DNA from: Paraphysomonas bandaiensis
Taxonomy: Eukaryota > Protista > Chrysophyceae
Assembly (NCBI GenBank): GCA_965644295.1
Contig: CBFFRP010000200.1
Location: 186,001 to 250,000 of the forward strand
DNA: 64,000 nt
Direction of reading: 5' to 3'
How positions within the stretch are numbered: position 1 is the stretch's first letter; every line of letters starts with the position of its first letter. Under the pieces are notes generated by a model that was not told the origin of the DNA, did not search any database, and saw only the letters and a list, made by a program, of their open reading frames with translations. Below, piece by piece: positions 21,029 to 32,899 of this stretch. The position numbers were made by a program, and so were the translations under genes.

Positions 21029-21457
21029 CAGTTGTGAATATCTTATTATTAGCAATAAGCGTGTAAGAGTCAGAAATAAAGTAGCAAAACAATTTAACTA
21101 ACTAATGCTTAACTCTGATATCCTACTATTTGGCGCTACGAAAGCTGCTTATGCGTCGCCGTAAGCGCCAAGGTGCAACCACTTTCCCTCTATCACTCAG
21201 AATGTTGATATACTTGACATCTGCTGACTTCATCAGGCAGCCCAATACCCCGGATGCCCTTGAAGTGGGCTTATTCCCGGATGCCTGTTTATTCGCCAGG
21301 GCCCAAAGGCGTCTACACAAGTTAGTGTCCCTTGTACCAGACAATATCTTCTGACTATAGACTATATATGCGGCTCACGTTAGTTTCCCAGAAAAATATC
21401 TCCGATACTTAACCCCCAAAACACCACGAAAAGGTGCGAGTCCGACTTCGTTGAGGG
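21029..21457 (-). mobile_element. SINE-like retroposon copy C (full-length), nested in the hAT transposase relic
   Basis: Imperfect TSD cgtgtatgcca / cgtgtacgaca (9/11). Same 5' end CCCTCAAC as copy E (CTCTCAAC in A). Confidence 0.85.
21371..21457 (-). ncRNA. HDV-like ribozyme fold at 5' end of retroposon copy C
   Basis: CGG-A-CUCGC / GUGAG-CCG (P2), ACC-UUUUCGU-GGU (P3/L3), GG, P4 hairpin, CUAA. Confidence 0.55.
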
Positions 21458-22100
21458 CGTGTACGACAATAAGGTTGAAAGTTTATTCAGTAGACTAAGA
21501 TTGTTATGAGTGATTTACGCAAGAGTATGAGAATATAATATAAGGATAAGACTTCTCGCCATTTAGATCTACTAATATTTTTCCTCATAAATCGTCGCCT
21601 GTGGAATTGAGCAAGCGATGATGGCAGCTAATGTATAGCTACTTGAGTACGTAGTTTAGGATCAAATAATTGCAATTCAATTAATTGTGACAGCAAGTAA
21701 TAATTATAGTAATTATAATTGATTACAACCTGCGCAGCCTAGACAATTACAGTCAATTTGTTGTTGGTAATAGTGCTTACGGCGGATAGTTATATGGAAG
21801 ACTCCTTTTGAGCCATTCCACAAATCCACAAATGATACGCTATAAATATTATTATCCATAATTTGGTAGTGGCGCTTTTCATATCGTACAGCAAATAAAT
21901 GCCACTAAACTTTCAGGAAACATAAAAAATCACGTCAATAGTCTACGACTAGTGGCACAATTATTTCGCCATTGCACTAACATCAATATATTGTCGCATA
22001 AAAACTCACACGACGTTTTCGATAACTACTTATGAGACCGTGCTCGATTTGAATCTTTACTAAGAAATTGAGAAAGTTCTTCTATTTGCATCTCAAGTCC

Positions 22101-25100
22101 CTAGGATGAATCGTTAGATGTTACAAGTGAAAAGTACCTTGCCTTCGGTACCTTTTCTGTGACATCCTCGTCAATTAGAGCACTTGGCATACTGGGGCCA
22201 TTGTGTCCTTGAAGAGCAGACGCCTTGCGTCTTCGACGCATCTCTTTTCCAGTGCTAATCGTATGGCTACTTTGAGTTGAAACTACACTATGTCGCGTAC
22301 TACGCTCCAACATGCTTCCGTTACCACGACGATAGTCAATATTTGTATGTCCTGAGCTCTGAAGCCGAGGGTCAAGTTGTTCTCTATGCTGTAGCGATGT
22401 AGTTGATTTCGAATGACGATTAAAGTACTGTGATGAGTCAGGATGCTTTGAGAAGTATTCATCACTTAGACCCTACAATCAAAGTGAACCCAATGAAATA
22501 TAATACACGAATCAGCATACATGTGGAACATGAGGGTGATTGTCATGAACTACATGTAGAATAGCTCCAACTTCTATTCCTTCGTTATCAGCTACATCTA
22601 GCAAATCCAAATCAATTGACTGTAACATAACATCAAAACAATTAATAAAAAAGAATGTAATACTTGTAATTCACTCTGTAAACTTTCGTACTCTCTTTTC
22701 ATTGTTATATAAGCTCGTTCAATTTCCATCTTTTCTTTCACAGCTGCGTCACGAGCGGCTATCGCCTCCGCTAATGCTTTGTCTTTAGACGCATCCCTTT
22801 TATTGAACTGTTCAACAGTCACCAATAGAGAAGAAAATTCCTTTCGCTTATCATCCTTAGAGGACATTAATTCGCTTTTAGTATTTTCAAGTTCCTCGAG
22901 AGACTTACGAAGATGCTCACGCAAAGATGCATTTTCAGATCGTAGATCAGAATAATCCTGAGATACTGTCGCTTGCATCGATGTCGCACTGATTATGCTC
23001 TGAGATTCATCAGCTGCTCTAGATTCAAATGAAATAGAGTTTTTCTTCTTTGCTACTTGCTGCCAGTAGTGAGCACGAGCTTCCCAATCAATTGCTTGCT
23101 TTTTCAAGTGATTAACTTGTTCCACGACAGATTCATTTTTCTTTACCCACTGATCGCGGTCCATCTCTAGTGCTTTTACTCGGTCCTCGAATTGTAATTT
23201 CTCATCTTCGAGCTCGGCAATTGTTTCTTTCAAAATTCTACACTCCGAAACTTTTACTCGTACAGATGATATTACACTTATCAATTTCTTTGCATCGACC
23301 AGTTCCGAGTACAGAGTTTGACCCTCTTGGGCCAACAGCTGCTGCAAGTTGTCATGCAACAGAGTCAGTTCGTCATGCTCTCCTTCACTCCGCTGCTCAT
23401 ATCTGTCCAAAGCGGCTTGTCTTTGATGCAGCATTTTCAATGACGCTTCTGACTGTTGTTGTTGTACAACCAGAGTATGCTCTTGTTGCTTGATAACTTC
23501 TAACAGTGAATCTCGCTCGAGCTTTATAATATCTAACTCAGATTTTAATTTAGATTCATTGCTGACCTTTTCTAAGCCCAATTGAAGCTCCTGAATTCGT
23601 CGAGTTAACACAACTTCTCTGGCCAACAAATTCGTTTTCTCTTCTACAATGGAGTTAAGTTCCGCATTAATTTGGTCTCGTTCTTTTATAGCATTTGTTA
23701 CATCGTTCATCGACAGTCGAAGCTCATCTTGGAGTGATGATATCTTCCTTCCGGCGTCCTCATTTTTCTCAGCCATCAATGTTTTTAGCTCTAACATTTC
23801 GGTACTCATAGCTTCTTTTTCTTTCCGCAAAATCTGGCATTCCTGTTGCCACTTTTCACAATCTTTAGCAACAGACTGACCTTGCTTGTGTAACGCCTCA
23901 AGTCGTTCAATAAGCTCTGCCACTTGGGACCTCGCAGTTTTTTCTACTGTGGCACGCGCTTGGCGCTCATCATTTAGTTCGCTCAGAAGTCTCTCAGCCG
24001 TTTCTTCTTTGCGGAGAATAATGCCTTTCAATTCAGCGATATCTTCTTCTGCCGCTCGTAAAGCCTTTGTAAAGTCAGAGGTCGCAGATTTAGATCCAAT
24101 AAATTTCTCAGCTTGGGTCCGTTGTATATACTCCTGCGCATTTTGAAGTTCTACCTTCATCCCATCTCTGTCTGTTCGAGCATTATCAAGTTCAATTTGA
24201 ATCTCAATATACTTTCCGTGTAATTGACGATACGCTTCTTTGAGGTCTGGGTCCATAGAACCCATACCAACGTCATCAGCCTTGACAACGATGTCTTTCG
24301 AGCAGCTCTGTTCCACACTCCCTGATGAAATAGGACGATGACGTGAAACACTACCAGGTGCAGAATATCTGGCATCGTCCATCAAGTAACTAATCTTATA
24401 AGGATCTAGGCGTGCTAGACGTTGCTGTGGGTCTGCAATTGTCTGCTGGAGCAAATGGCGTGCTGCTTTTGAGCCAGGTTTATTCCCTCCAAGCTCTCCC
24501 TTTAACTTAGAAAACTCTGTGGCAAGAGTGTAAGTCAGGTTCGGATCAATAGTGTCGTTTATTCCGACACGACCAAATGATTCCATCCCCGGCATTGAGA
24601 CAACACTCAACTGACACAGTCTCTCCGCGTACTTAAGAGTGTGAAGAGATTCATCATAGCAAGTATGGGACGGGGATATAGTCGCCAACATAGTTGTGTT
24701 GCTACGACCACTCAATGCATCCCGTAGAAGCCACGTAAGAACAGAATCTCTGAACGGCAAACCCTTGGCCGAATTTCCTTTTCCTAATTCTTTGATGATA
24801 TATCCTAAAGTTGACAGTGAGCGTCTGATCATTTTCAGTTCCAATCTTTCGGTATTACCGCTTGAGCGCTGGGAAGTGCCATAACGCTTGCGCCTACCAC
24901 TCGTATCTAGATCTTCTCTCACAACTTCCTTCTCTGAACCCGCAAGATCGACCATCTGTGCTCGTACATGGGCATGTTTCTGTACTGTCCTGACCTGTGG
25001 TACGGAACACACAGCTGTTGATGATATAGATTTGGAGAATGATGGAGAAAAAGGGTCAGGGTCATCAACGGGAGACAATTCAAGTGTTGCAATAGCGTGG

Positions 25101-26616
25101 GAGCGAGATGAATGTCGATTTCTAAATGTGGAGGCAGTACTTCGCTCCTCATACCCTCGATACAACAACTCCAACACTTCAGTTGCGGACTCTACCTCAA
25201 CCTTAGTTAACTTTTCGACATATGGACCAAGGGCAGGATGCTCTCTTACCCTTAAGTCACTTGTTGAAGTTGAAGGCGCCAGGCAGTCGCGAATTTTCTC
25301 CTGGTATATCTCTAGAAAGGACAAAGTAATCTTCGTGTCCTTAATTACTTCATCGTCGGAAAAAACGTTTTCGACGATGTCTAGGAAAACACGAGGAATA
25401 AGTCCCGCACTTTCATGAAGCTGTACGCTAGCTTCATCTTCTGACTGAATAAACCCCCCTCCTTCAGAGTGAATCAAATCGTCTCCGCCGAACATAGTGT
25501 ACGTCTTCCCAGTGCTTGTGTGCCCATATGCAAAGCAGCACGTGGATACCCCACGCATCACATCCTCCGCCATCCCAGCCCCTATCGAGTCGTACACTCC
25601 TCGCTGGTTCACATACGTATTTTCCTCGTCAGTAGGGTCGTACGACCATAAACAATGGTCGAAGCAGAAGACCTTAGCCCAATCATTGCAGCGCATATCC
25701 TCGAGTGATACTGCAGCAGCCGCAGCGGCAATTGCATCGGGATCAGCTGTGAAAGCTTTCGGATTTACGAGTATGAGTTTTTCACCGTTTACTGATACCA
25801 CACGTCTGGGGCCTGACTTAATTTCCCCAACAGTAAACGGACGGATTCTCACTGCTACGCGCACGGAATGGTGAAGATCTGGCCGCCCTCCCTTTGTCAA
25901 CGTCATAACCTTGCTTGACGACACAAAGCTATCGTTGACAGACCGCTTTATAACAGACCAAACATTCTTGCTGCTTTTACTATCACTGGGAGGCGCTGGT
26001 TCCGGGGTGGTTAGACATTGAACTAGACTACTTGCATGTTGAGGTGAAGTCACACTGGTATTGAATTCTGACAGCAGAGTTCCCTCGCCACTGCTAGTAG
26101 GAGACGACATATCGTCATCAGGAGTATTTCGAGTCTCACTCTCTTGGTCTTGGGACTGCGGTAATCCTGAAACGAAATATGTAATGAGGTACGTAAAGAT
26201 ATAAACTTGCGCTACAAAACACTACAAGTAGTTGGACTGGATAAAATACAAAATTAAACATCAGGTAATATACCGTTGCGTTCATCTGTTTCTGAAACAG
26301 ATGAGAGTGAGTTGCTGCTAGTGGGTTTCACTATTCGAGCACCACCACTCTTGTTTGAGTTCGACAACTGTAAATATGATTCCTCAGAGGACTCATCTTT
26401 GGCGGCAGCTTGAGCATGATGCTCCTGTGTCTCGTTAGCAGACGATGACAAAACCGGAGCAGGCATGTTGATGTCCGCCATCACTCTCGCTATCTTCTCC
26501 TCTAGAGTCTCTGGTCGAGACTTGTTATATGACGATCGATTCAAAGATTCAGATTTGTGATGTTGATCACCAGGTAGAGGAGAGCTTTGACTCTCTCTTC
26601 TGCTGTTGCCGGACAT
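22101..26616 (-). CDS. Kinesin motor protein (kinesin-3-like) with Ser-rich N-terminal extension and long coiled coil, multi-exon
   Basis: VRVAVRIRP, FAYGHTSTGKT, NRHSSRSH, DLAGSE, LRVREHPALGPYV, PFRDSVLTWLL, TLKYAER. Confidence 0.93.
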
Positions 26617-26842
26617 CTCCGTCTTCAATAACCAGATATATATATATATGTACCTACAGGTAAGATAATAGTCCCGAGACACTCAAAGCATACACACAGA
26701 GTGTTTAATCGAGAGAGGGAATCGTAATTCCAGAGAGAGTATTAGTGTATAGATTGGCAACTATTGAGGTGCAATCACAATGACAGAGTGGCAGTTAGGC
26801 GACATGGATATGATACCACACCACACAGCTGTACCTGGATAC

Positions 26843-26875
26843 GTATGTAAGTATGTATGTATGTATGTATGTATG

Positions 26876-26906
<31 letters not shown>

Positions 26907-27180
26907 GTATGTATGTATGTATGTATGTATGTATGTATGTATGTATGTATGTATGTATGTATGTATGTATGTATGTATGTATGTATGTATGTATGTATGT
27001 ATGTATGTATGTATGTATGTATGTATGTATGTATGTATGTATGTATGTATGTATGTATGTATGTATGTATGTATGTATGTATGTATGTATGTATGTATGT
27101 ATGTATGTATGTATGTATGTATGTATGTATGTATGTATGTATGTATGTATGTATGTATGTATGTATGTATGTATGTATGT
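26843..27180. repeat. (TATG)n microsatellite, ~340 bp, in the kinesin/SAC1 divergent intergenic region
   Basis: Read directly; two TAAG variants interrupt the run. Confidence 0.98.
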
Positions 27181-27265
27181 GAGTGTGGACACTGCTTTTC
27201 TTGGAGGTCTGGCCATTGTATCATCGCTACAGCACTTATATCACTCACCTACTAGGTGCCACGCC

Positions 27266-29784
27266 ATGCCCCGTGGCTATGCCCTAGTGTCATTGTTTCT
27301 GTTAGTGGTGCACACAGTATCTCTCCGTCTCTCATCGTATGTTAGTGGTCCCTCTCATATGCTGTATGCACGCACCTCTACCAACAACAGACACATCAAG
27401 ACCATTAAACCAGGGATTATTTACTTCAAAGAGGAAGATGATGGATTGATACTCTGGCAGTGTGATAATGGTGCTGAACTATGTAACACTATGCGCATAA
27501 GGAGGGGGGCCAATGAGGACAGTGCAGCGGCCATCTCATTGGCTATGGAGCATACCTCACACTTAGAGCGGGAGGGGGAAGGGGTTGGTCAAGCGGCTGC
27601 GTTACTTGGTTTCTTTAATGTTAGCAGGACTGAATATGTTGCACTAGTCACGAGGACGGAGCCAACTGAAGCTTTCATAGACCCATCCATACGCCGGATC
27701 AGTGAAGTGAAACTCTTGAAAATTCCGGGTAGTCCTATTAGCTTGAACGAGACAGAGATTCATGATGAGCAACTCTCTCTGCTTGAGGCAGAATTTCGAC
27801 GCCATACTCTGTACTTCTCGTCTGACAGAAGCACTGATGTCACCCGCACTGTCCAAGGTAACCAGCTGAGACGCCAACAGGGGGATAATATCTCGACTTG
27901 GTGGAAGGGCTGCGATGAACGCTTTTTCTGGAATCTCAACCTTTTACGTCCTTTGCTCGACAATCCATCACCATCTCCTGGAGTGCTGGATGTGTGGGTG
28001 ACTCCGATTACCAATGCTTGGGCAGATTGTACTTATTTTTCACTAGATGGACGCCCGTATTCTCTTTCTCTGGTGTCCCGTCGCAGTCGACTTAGACAGG
28101 GTGCAAGGTACGTTCTGTTTTCATATGTTGTATTATGTTACAAATAGAACTTGTCTTTTAGAATGATGATGCGCGGCGTGGATGCAGCAGGAAATGTGGC
28201 AAATCACGTCGAAACAGAGCAAGTGCTGCGTTCTGTTGACGGGCGAGACACATTCTCGTTTCTTCAAATTCGTGGATCTGTGCCGGTTTATTGGACTCAA
28301 AGCGAAGTATGGATCCCCTCTCCTCCCATCCTTGTTGATGAATCTCTCCGGCATTCTGTTGCTCTCACTGCACACTTGGATGACTTGCACCGTCAGTACT
28401 CCCACGCGGTGTTTGTAAATCTCGTGGACAAGGTGGGATCGCAGGGCGAGTTAGGACGATGCTTGGTTGGAGCTCTTAATGAGATAGCTAATAATAGAGG
28501 AGATCGAAGTGACCTGTATCGTAGCATGCTGGATCGGGATGCAGTGACCATAACGGACCACATGATTCCACCGAATAACGCTACGGAGCCTCTACGCGTG
28601 AGACACGTGTGGTTTGACTTCCACCATAAAGTTAACACCTTCACTGGCTCTGATAGGACATGGGAAGCAGTACTAGAACACTTGGAGGACGATACTATTG
28701 GGAAAGAGGGATTTTACTCACATAGAGAGGGAATAGAAGAAACTCTCCAGCAGACGGTGGTGCGAACCAACTGCGTGGATTGCTTGGATCGCACGAACGT
28801 CGTTCAAGTATGTGTACATATGTCTCATAGTTTGTCATACTTATACCAAGCATTTGCAGGCGGCCATCGGCAGAGCTGTTCTCATGTATCAGCTTCACCT
28901 TATGGGTCACAATATCTCTCGTACAACTAATACTTCCCTTGCAGCTATAGCGAAGCGTGATCTTCCTAAGGTATATAACTGCACTGCGCTGTAAAAATAT
29001 CTAAGTATTGGCGTTGTAGGCTGTAGAAAGGACTGTCCGGAAATTGTGGGTGGATAATGGTGATGGAATCAGTGATCTTTATGCAGGTACGAGGTCTCTT
29101 AAGCGCGACCTCACTCGAAATGGGAAGCGCACCTCAGTGGGTATAGTCAAGGACGCGTTAAGTTCTTTTGTACGATATGTGCTTGGTAACTTTGTGGACC
29201 GGGGGCGACAACGAGGGATAGATATGCTTGTCGGTGTAAAGGCATCAGCCAACACTTCTGACGATCAAACAAGACGCTCCGTCACAGCAACTAGTGATAA
29301 TACCCCAATTGATATCACTCATAAGCGGGATGAAGGAGTAGAAGAGAACGATTCGGATTTAATTGTCCGATCCATGAAATTTCCTATACGCAATTCGAAA
29401 CGCATAAGCGCTGATGTTTTTGTGGATGACTTGGCCCACAGACTGCGGCGTTTGGAGCAAAGAAGACAAAATATAATGTATAGTCAAATAGATTCTATTC
29501 GGCCACGCACCGCCCGAGCTCTATTCCAACCCATAGAGTTTGAAGGGGTTATATCTCGTCGACATATGATTATGAAAGAGTTGTTAAGTGATCTACTATC
29601 TACCATTGAAGATAGTTTGAATAGACCACAATCTGTAGTTTCACTGGACAACCCTGTTGTTAAAGGGGAAGAAATTAGTAAAGCAAGTATTTTAGACGCA
29701 GTTAACCGAACATTGGTCTATAGTAGTATGGATCACCTAGCACCTGCGTCTATTTTGGCGGCATTTTACATATTGTTTAGATAG
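27266..29784 (+). CDS. SAC1-family phosphoinositide phosphatase with N-terminal signal-like peptide (4 exons)
   Basis: DERFFWN, LVSRRSRLRQGAR, RGVDAAGNVANHVETEQ, QIRGSVPVYW, catalytic RTNCVDCLDRTN, WVDNGDGISDLYAGT. Confidence 0.92.
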
Positions 29785-30226
29785 TATGCTTTGCATATGG
29801 ATTGATAAATATCACATGCTTTCCGGCTAATTTGTAGTAATCTATATAGTGTAAATAAGTATAAACTACTGCAATTGATTTATATATATATTGAATGTCT
29901 GATTATCATTTGTTGGCTGTGCTAGCTGGAGTTTTTGTGAACTACTATTTCAGGTAGTATATGGCGGTAATAAGGCATTATCATTCTTCTTTCTCTAAAT
30001 GCAGATTTATGCTTAGTAATAGCAAGAAGAATGTTGTGATTATTAGAGTGTAAAGTGATGAACACACAGTAATGTAGAAAATTGAATAATAATGCAGAAA
30101 ATAACGGAATAATTAGAAGTATAACTGATAATGACGATCGTTATGATGACGATCACACATCTTCAACAGATACTCTCTCTCTCTAATTCAGTTCATGATA
30201 TATTTCACTGAACATCATAACTCACA

Positions 30227-32443
30227 TATACTATCTTATGTTAAGATGAATCTTAATACGCCCCCCAATGAAATAATCAGTAAACTGTGGATTATAGAGG
30301 GGATATGAAGCTTATACACACTGAGAGTAAAAACCAGAGTAGCAGTCACTAGTCAATAATAAGCGCACAGCAGAAATGCTGTATTGAGAGACCATCCTTC
30401 TAGTCCAGCATCACGTATTGAACAAAAATAAAAAATGGTAAAGACTCCGTGTAACTCAAACTAGCCACCTGTGGCTTGTTGGTAATTATGAGTTCGGTGT
30501 CTCTGAGATTGTTGCTCGCTTTCTATTGTTACTGAATGGGATGTCGAACCCAACTCGCCCCATCAATGTAGTTTGCAATATGTAAGAAGATAGTTGCTCC
30601 TAGTGGTTTCGTAAGAAGATCGGCTGACATTTTGACTTGTGGTGGGTATATGATTAACAGTCAATAGGTTTTCGGCTATATGTTCTCGAATGGAGTGATA
30701 TCGAATCGAGATATGTTTTTTACGGCGATGATGAGTAGGATTGTAACATAATTGGACTGCACCTTTATTATCGCACTAAATAGTTGTGGAGAATGGAAGT
30801 TTGAAACATTTCAGGTAATAAAGAGCGTAGCCATAATGCTTCCTGAGCTGCTGACGATAAGGCCATATATTCTGCTTCTCAGTAGACGACAGTGCCACTG
30901 TTGTCTGTACTGGAGATTGCCATTATATAATCTAAAAGCTGTAGTGGACCGTCGAGCGAGGTGATATCGCGCCCAATCGCTATTGCAGTATCCTGACAAT
31001 GATATGTGGGGTCCAGTATATATATCAGTCCTTGCTTAGCAGTGCCTTTGAGGTACCTAAGGACATGTAAAACGCAGCATTGCAGGTAATAAGATTAGGC
31101 ATGTCAGAAAATCTAGCAAGAGTATTGACTGCGTAGGCTATGTCCGTTCAGCTTGTATCAACATATCGTTGATTCGAGTCGAATGAATGATTGAATTCGT
31201 GCAAATCATAATTGAATGAGAACAACACATTGGTAGACATTGGTTTACAACTAGACATATTGAATTTTTCCAGTAGTTTGGTGACATATCGTTCCTGACT
31301 TAGAGTCGTGATATTCTTATCGAAGTCCTGGTGAATGGAAATGCCTGTAAGTAGTAATATCTAAGAGTCCGGGAACCGTAATTTCGAACTTTTTGGCTAG
31401 GCAGTTGTTGAAGTCTTGAATATCAGTGTTTGATGCTGATGCGATGATAATGTCATCAACATATATGGTGATTAACTTGCCATCGATCTGTTCTTTAAAT
31501 ATAAAAGGATCAGGTATTAGTCTAGTGAAACCCAAGTCTAGCATGAAAACTAAATTAGTACAACATTTGTACCAATTTAAACCTGCTAGCTTCAAATCAT
31601 AGTTTCCTTGTAATCGACACCTGGGATTTGAGTATATCCCTCTGGGCAACCAGCAGTCGAGCCTTGAACTTTATCGTTCTGCTTCCTATTGATTTTGAAA
31701 ATGAGTTTTCCTTTGATTGCTCATCATGCTCCCTGTGGTAACACCAAGCATATCTCCAATATCCTTTCTTCTGGAGATATCTCTTTGTTTATCGCGCCAA
31801 TCCACTGCTGTTGATGATGTAATACATGTTGAGCATTTACATCTTATGATCATGAATATATACACCGTCACCAAGTTTATGTACATTTACGGCTACTCAT
31901 ATACTATCGGGATGTATTTTTCGACCTAGTCAAATTGGGGGAATTACCTAGTCACACCAAAATTGGTGTAATAACCTAGTCAAAAGGTTGAAAAACCTAG
32001 TCATTAAATAATTAGATTTTTAACTTCACAATGACTAGGTTGACTAGGTTGACTAGGTGGAATCGAGTATTCACCTAGTCAAACAGGGGAGCATACTATA
32101 GCCATAAATTAAATTCTATATGCCTCACACTTCGTCTTCACAGTCGAATGCAAATTGGGCTGTTTCTGATGACCAAGTCCGGTGTAGCTCTTTAGCTTTG
32201 TGTTCGCCTGATCTATGTTGTATTGATTTTAATTCACCTTCTATGACCTCATGCTTATGTAATTCGTAGCTATATGTGAGTACAATTCATGACTAGGTTT
32301 AATACTATAATTGGCTAGGTTGAGTCATTTATTGCTTTGACTAGGTTATTACACCAATTTTGGAGTGACTAGGAAAGTCCACCAAATTGACTAGGTTGAA
32401 TAATATATCCCTATACTATCTTATATTAAGATGAATCCTAATA
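30227..32443 (-). mobile_element. Decayed, internally deleted copia element (left boundary approximate)
   Basis: Frameshifted remnants IYVDDIII, SGYCNSDWA..RRSTT and MSADLLTKPL. LTR-end segments 30227-30258 and 32412-32443 are 30/32 identical. A PPT GGGGGGCG abuts the 3' LTR. Confidence 0.85.
31909..32411. mobile_element. Mutator-like MITE (503 bp) inserted into the 5' LTR of the decayed copia
   Basis: ~75-bp imperfect TIRs starting GGGAT and built of ACCTAGTCA repeats. Exact 9-bp TSD TATACTATC (31900-31908, 32412-32420). No ORF. Confidence 0.9.
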
Positions 32444-32899
32444 TCGCATAACACACGCACATAATATATAATATAATGTGTGTGTTCATACAATAGAGGT
32501 GAGAAAGCGTTGAAGGGTATGAAACTTCAGTTTCTAGTTTTCTGTTAGTTTTGTATTCACCGACTACTATCTATTTTCGACAATTGTATGCACTACAGCA
32601 CCAGTTCAATTAGGTAGAGTTATTTTGTAGTACATCATGTAACTATCACGTGTATAGGTAATATAATATATACAAAATGCATTCAGGTGAAGCAGGTGAC
32701 GGTCCAGATGTACTAGAGCTTGACAGCAAATTTCGAGAGCATAACGCTATGGGCTTTGTGAACAAGATACTTAAATATCTAATGCAGAAAGTGCCCTACC
32801 AAGTTCAAATCTGAACGAGACAATGCTCCTGGTTTACATAGTAATGTATCATATATCACATATACACGTTTTATAAGTATGATAAACTAACTCTATTGC

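Larger units (their letters stand above)
20216..21742 (+). mobile_element. Decayed hAT-superfamily DNA transposon (internally deleted)
   Basis: Ends CAGGGCTGCG / CGCAGCCTAG. Exact 8-bp TSD ACAATTAC (20208-20215, 21743-21750). CAATTA-rich subterminal repeats. Broken transposase pieces: WQCRKC..GYGWINL (BED-like), LFDELI..AIVHNAAFENAVVKIQ, and NKVESLFS..VMSDLRKSM..LLIFFLINRRLW (dimerisation domain). Confidence 0.85.

Noticed and set aside
21355-21450. Group I intron R/S-like motifs (GACTATA ... AAGGTGCGAGTCCGAC)
   Set aside because: P7 pairing is imperfect, no P4-P6 core is visible, and the copies do not interrupt intact genes. The HDV-like fold on the other strand explains the pairings better.
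26761-27255. ORFs encoding (YIHT)n / (MYVC)n repeats
   Set aside because: Artefacts of the stop-free (TATG)n microsatellite; the plausible SAC1 start is the ATG at 27266.
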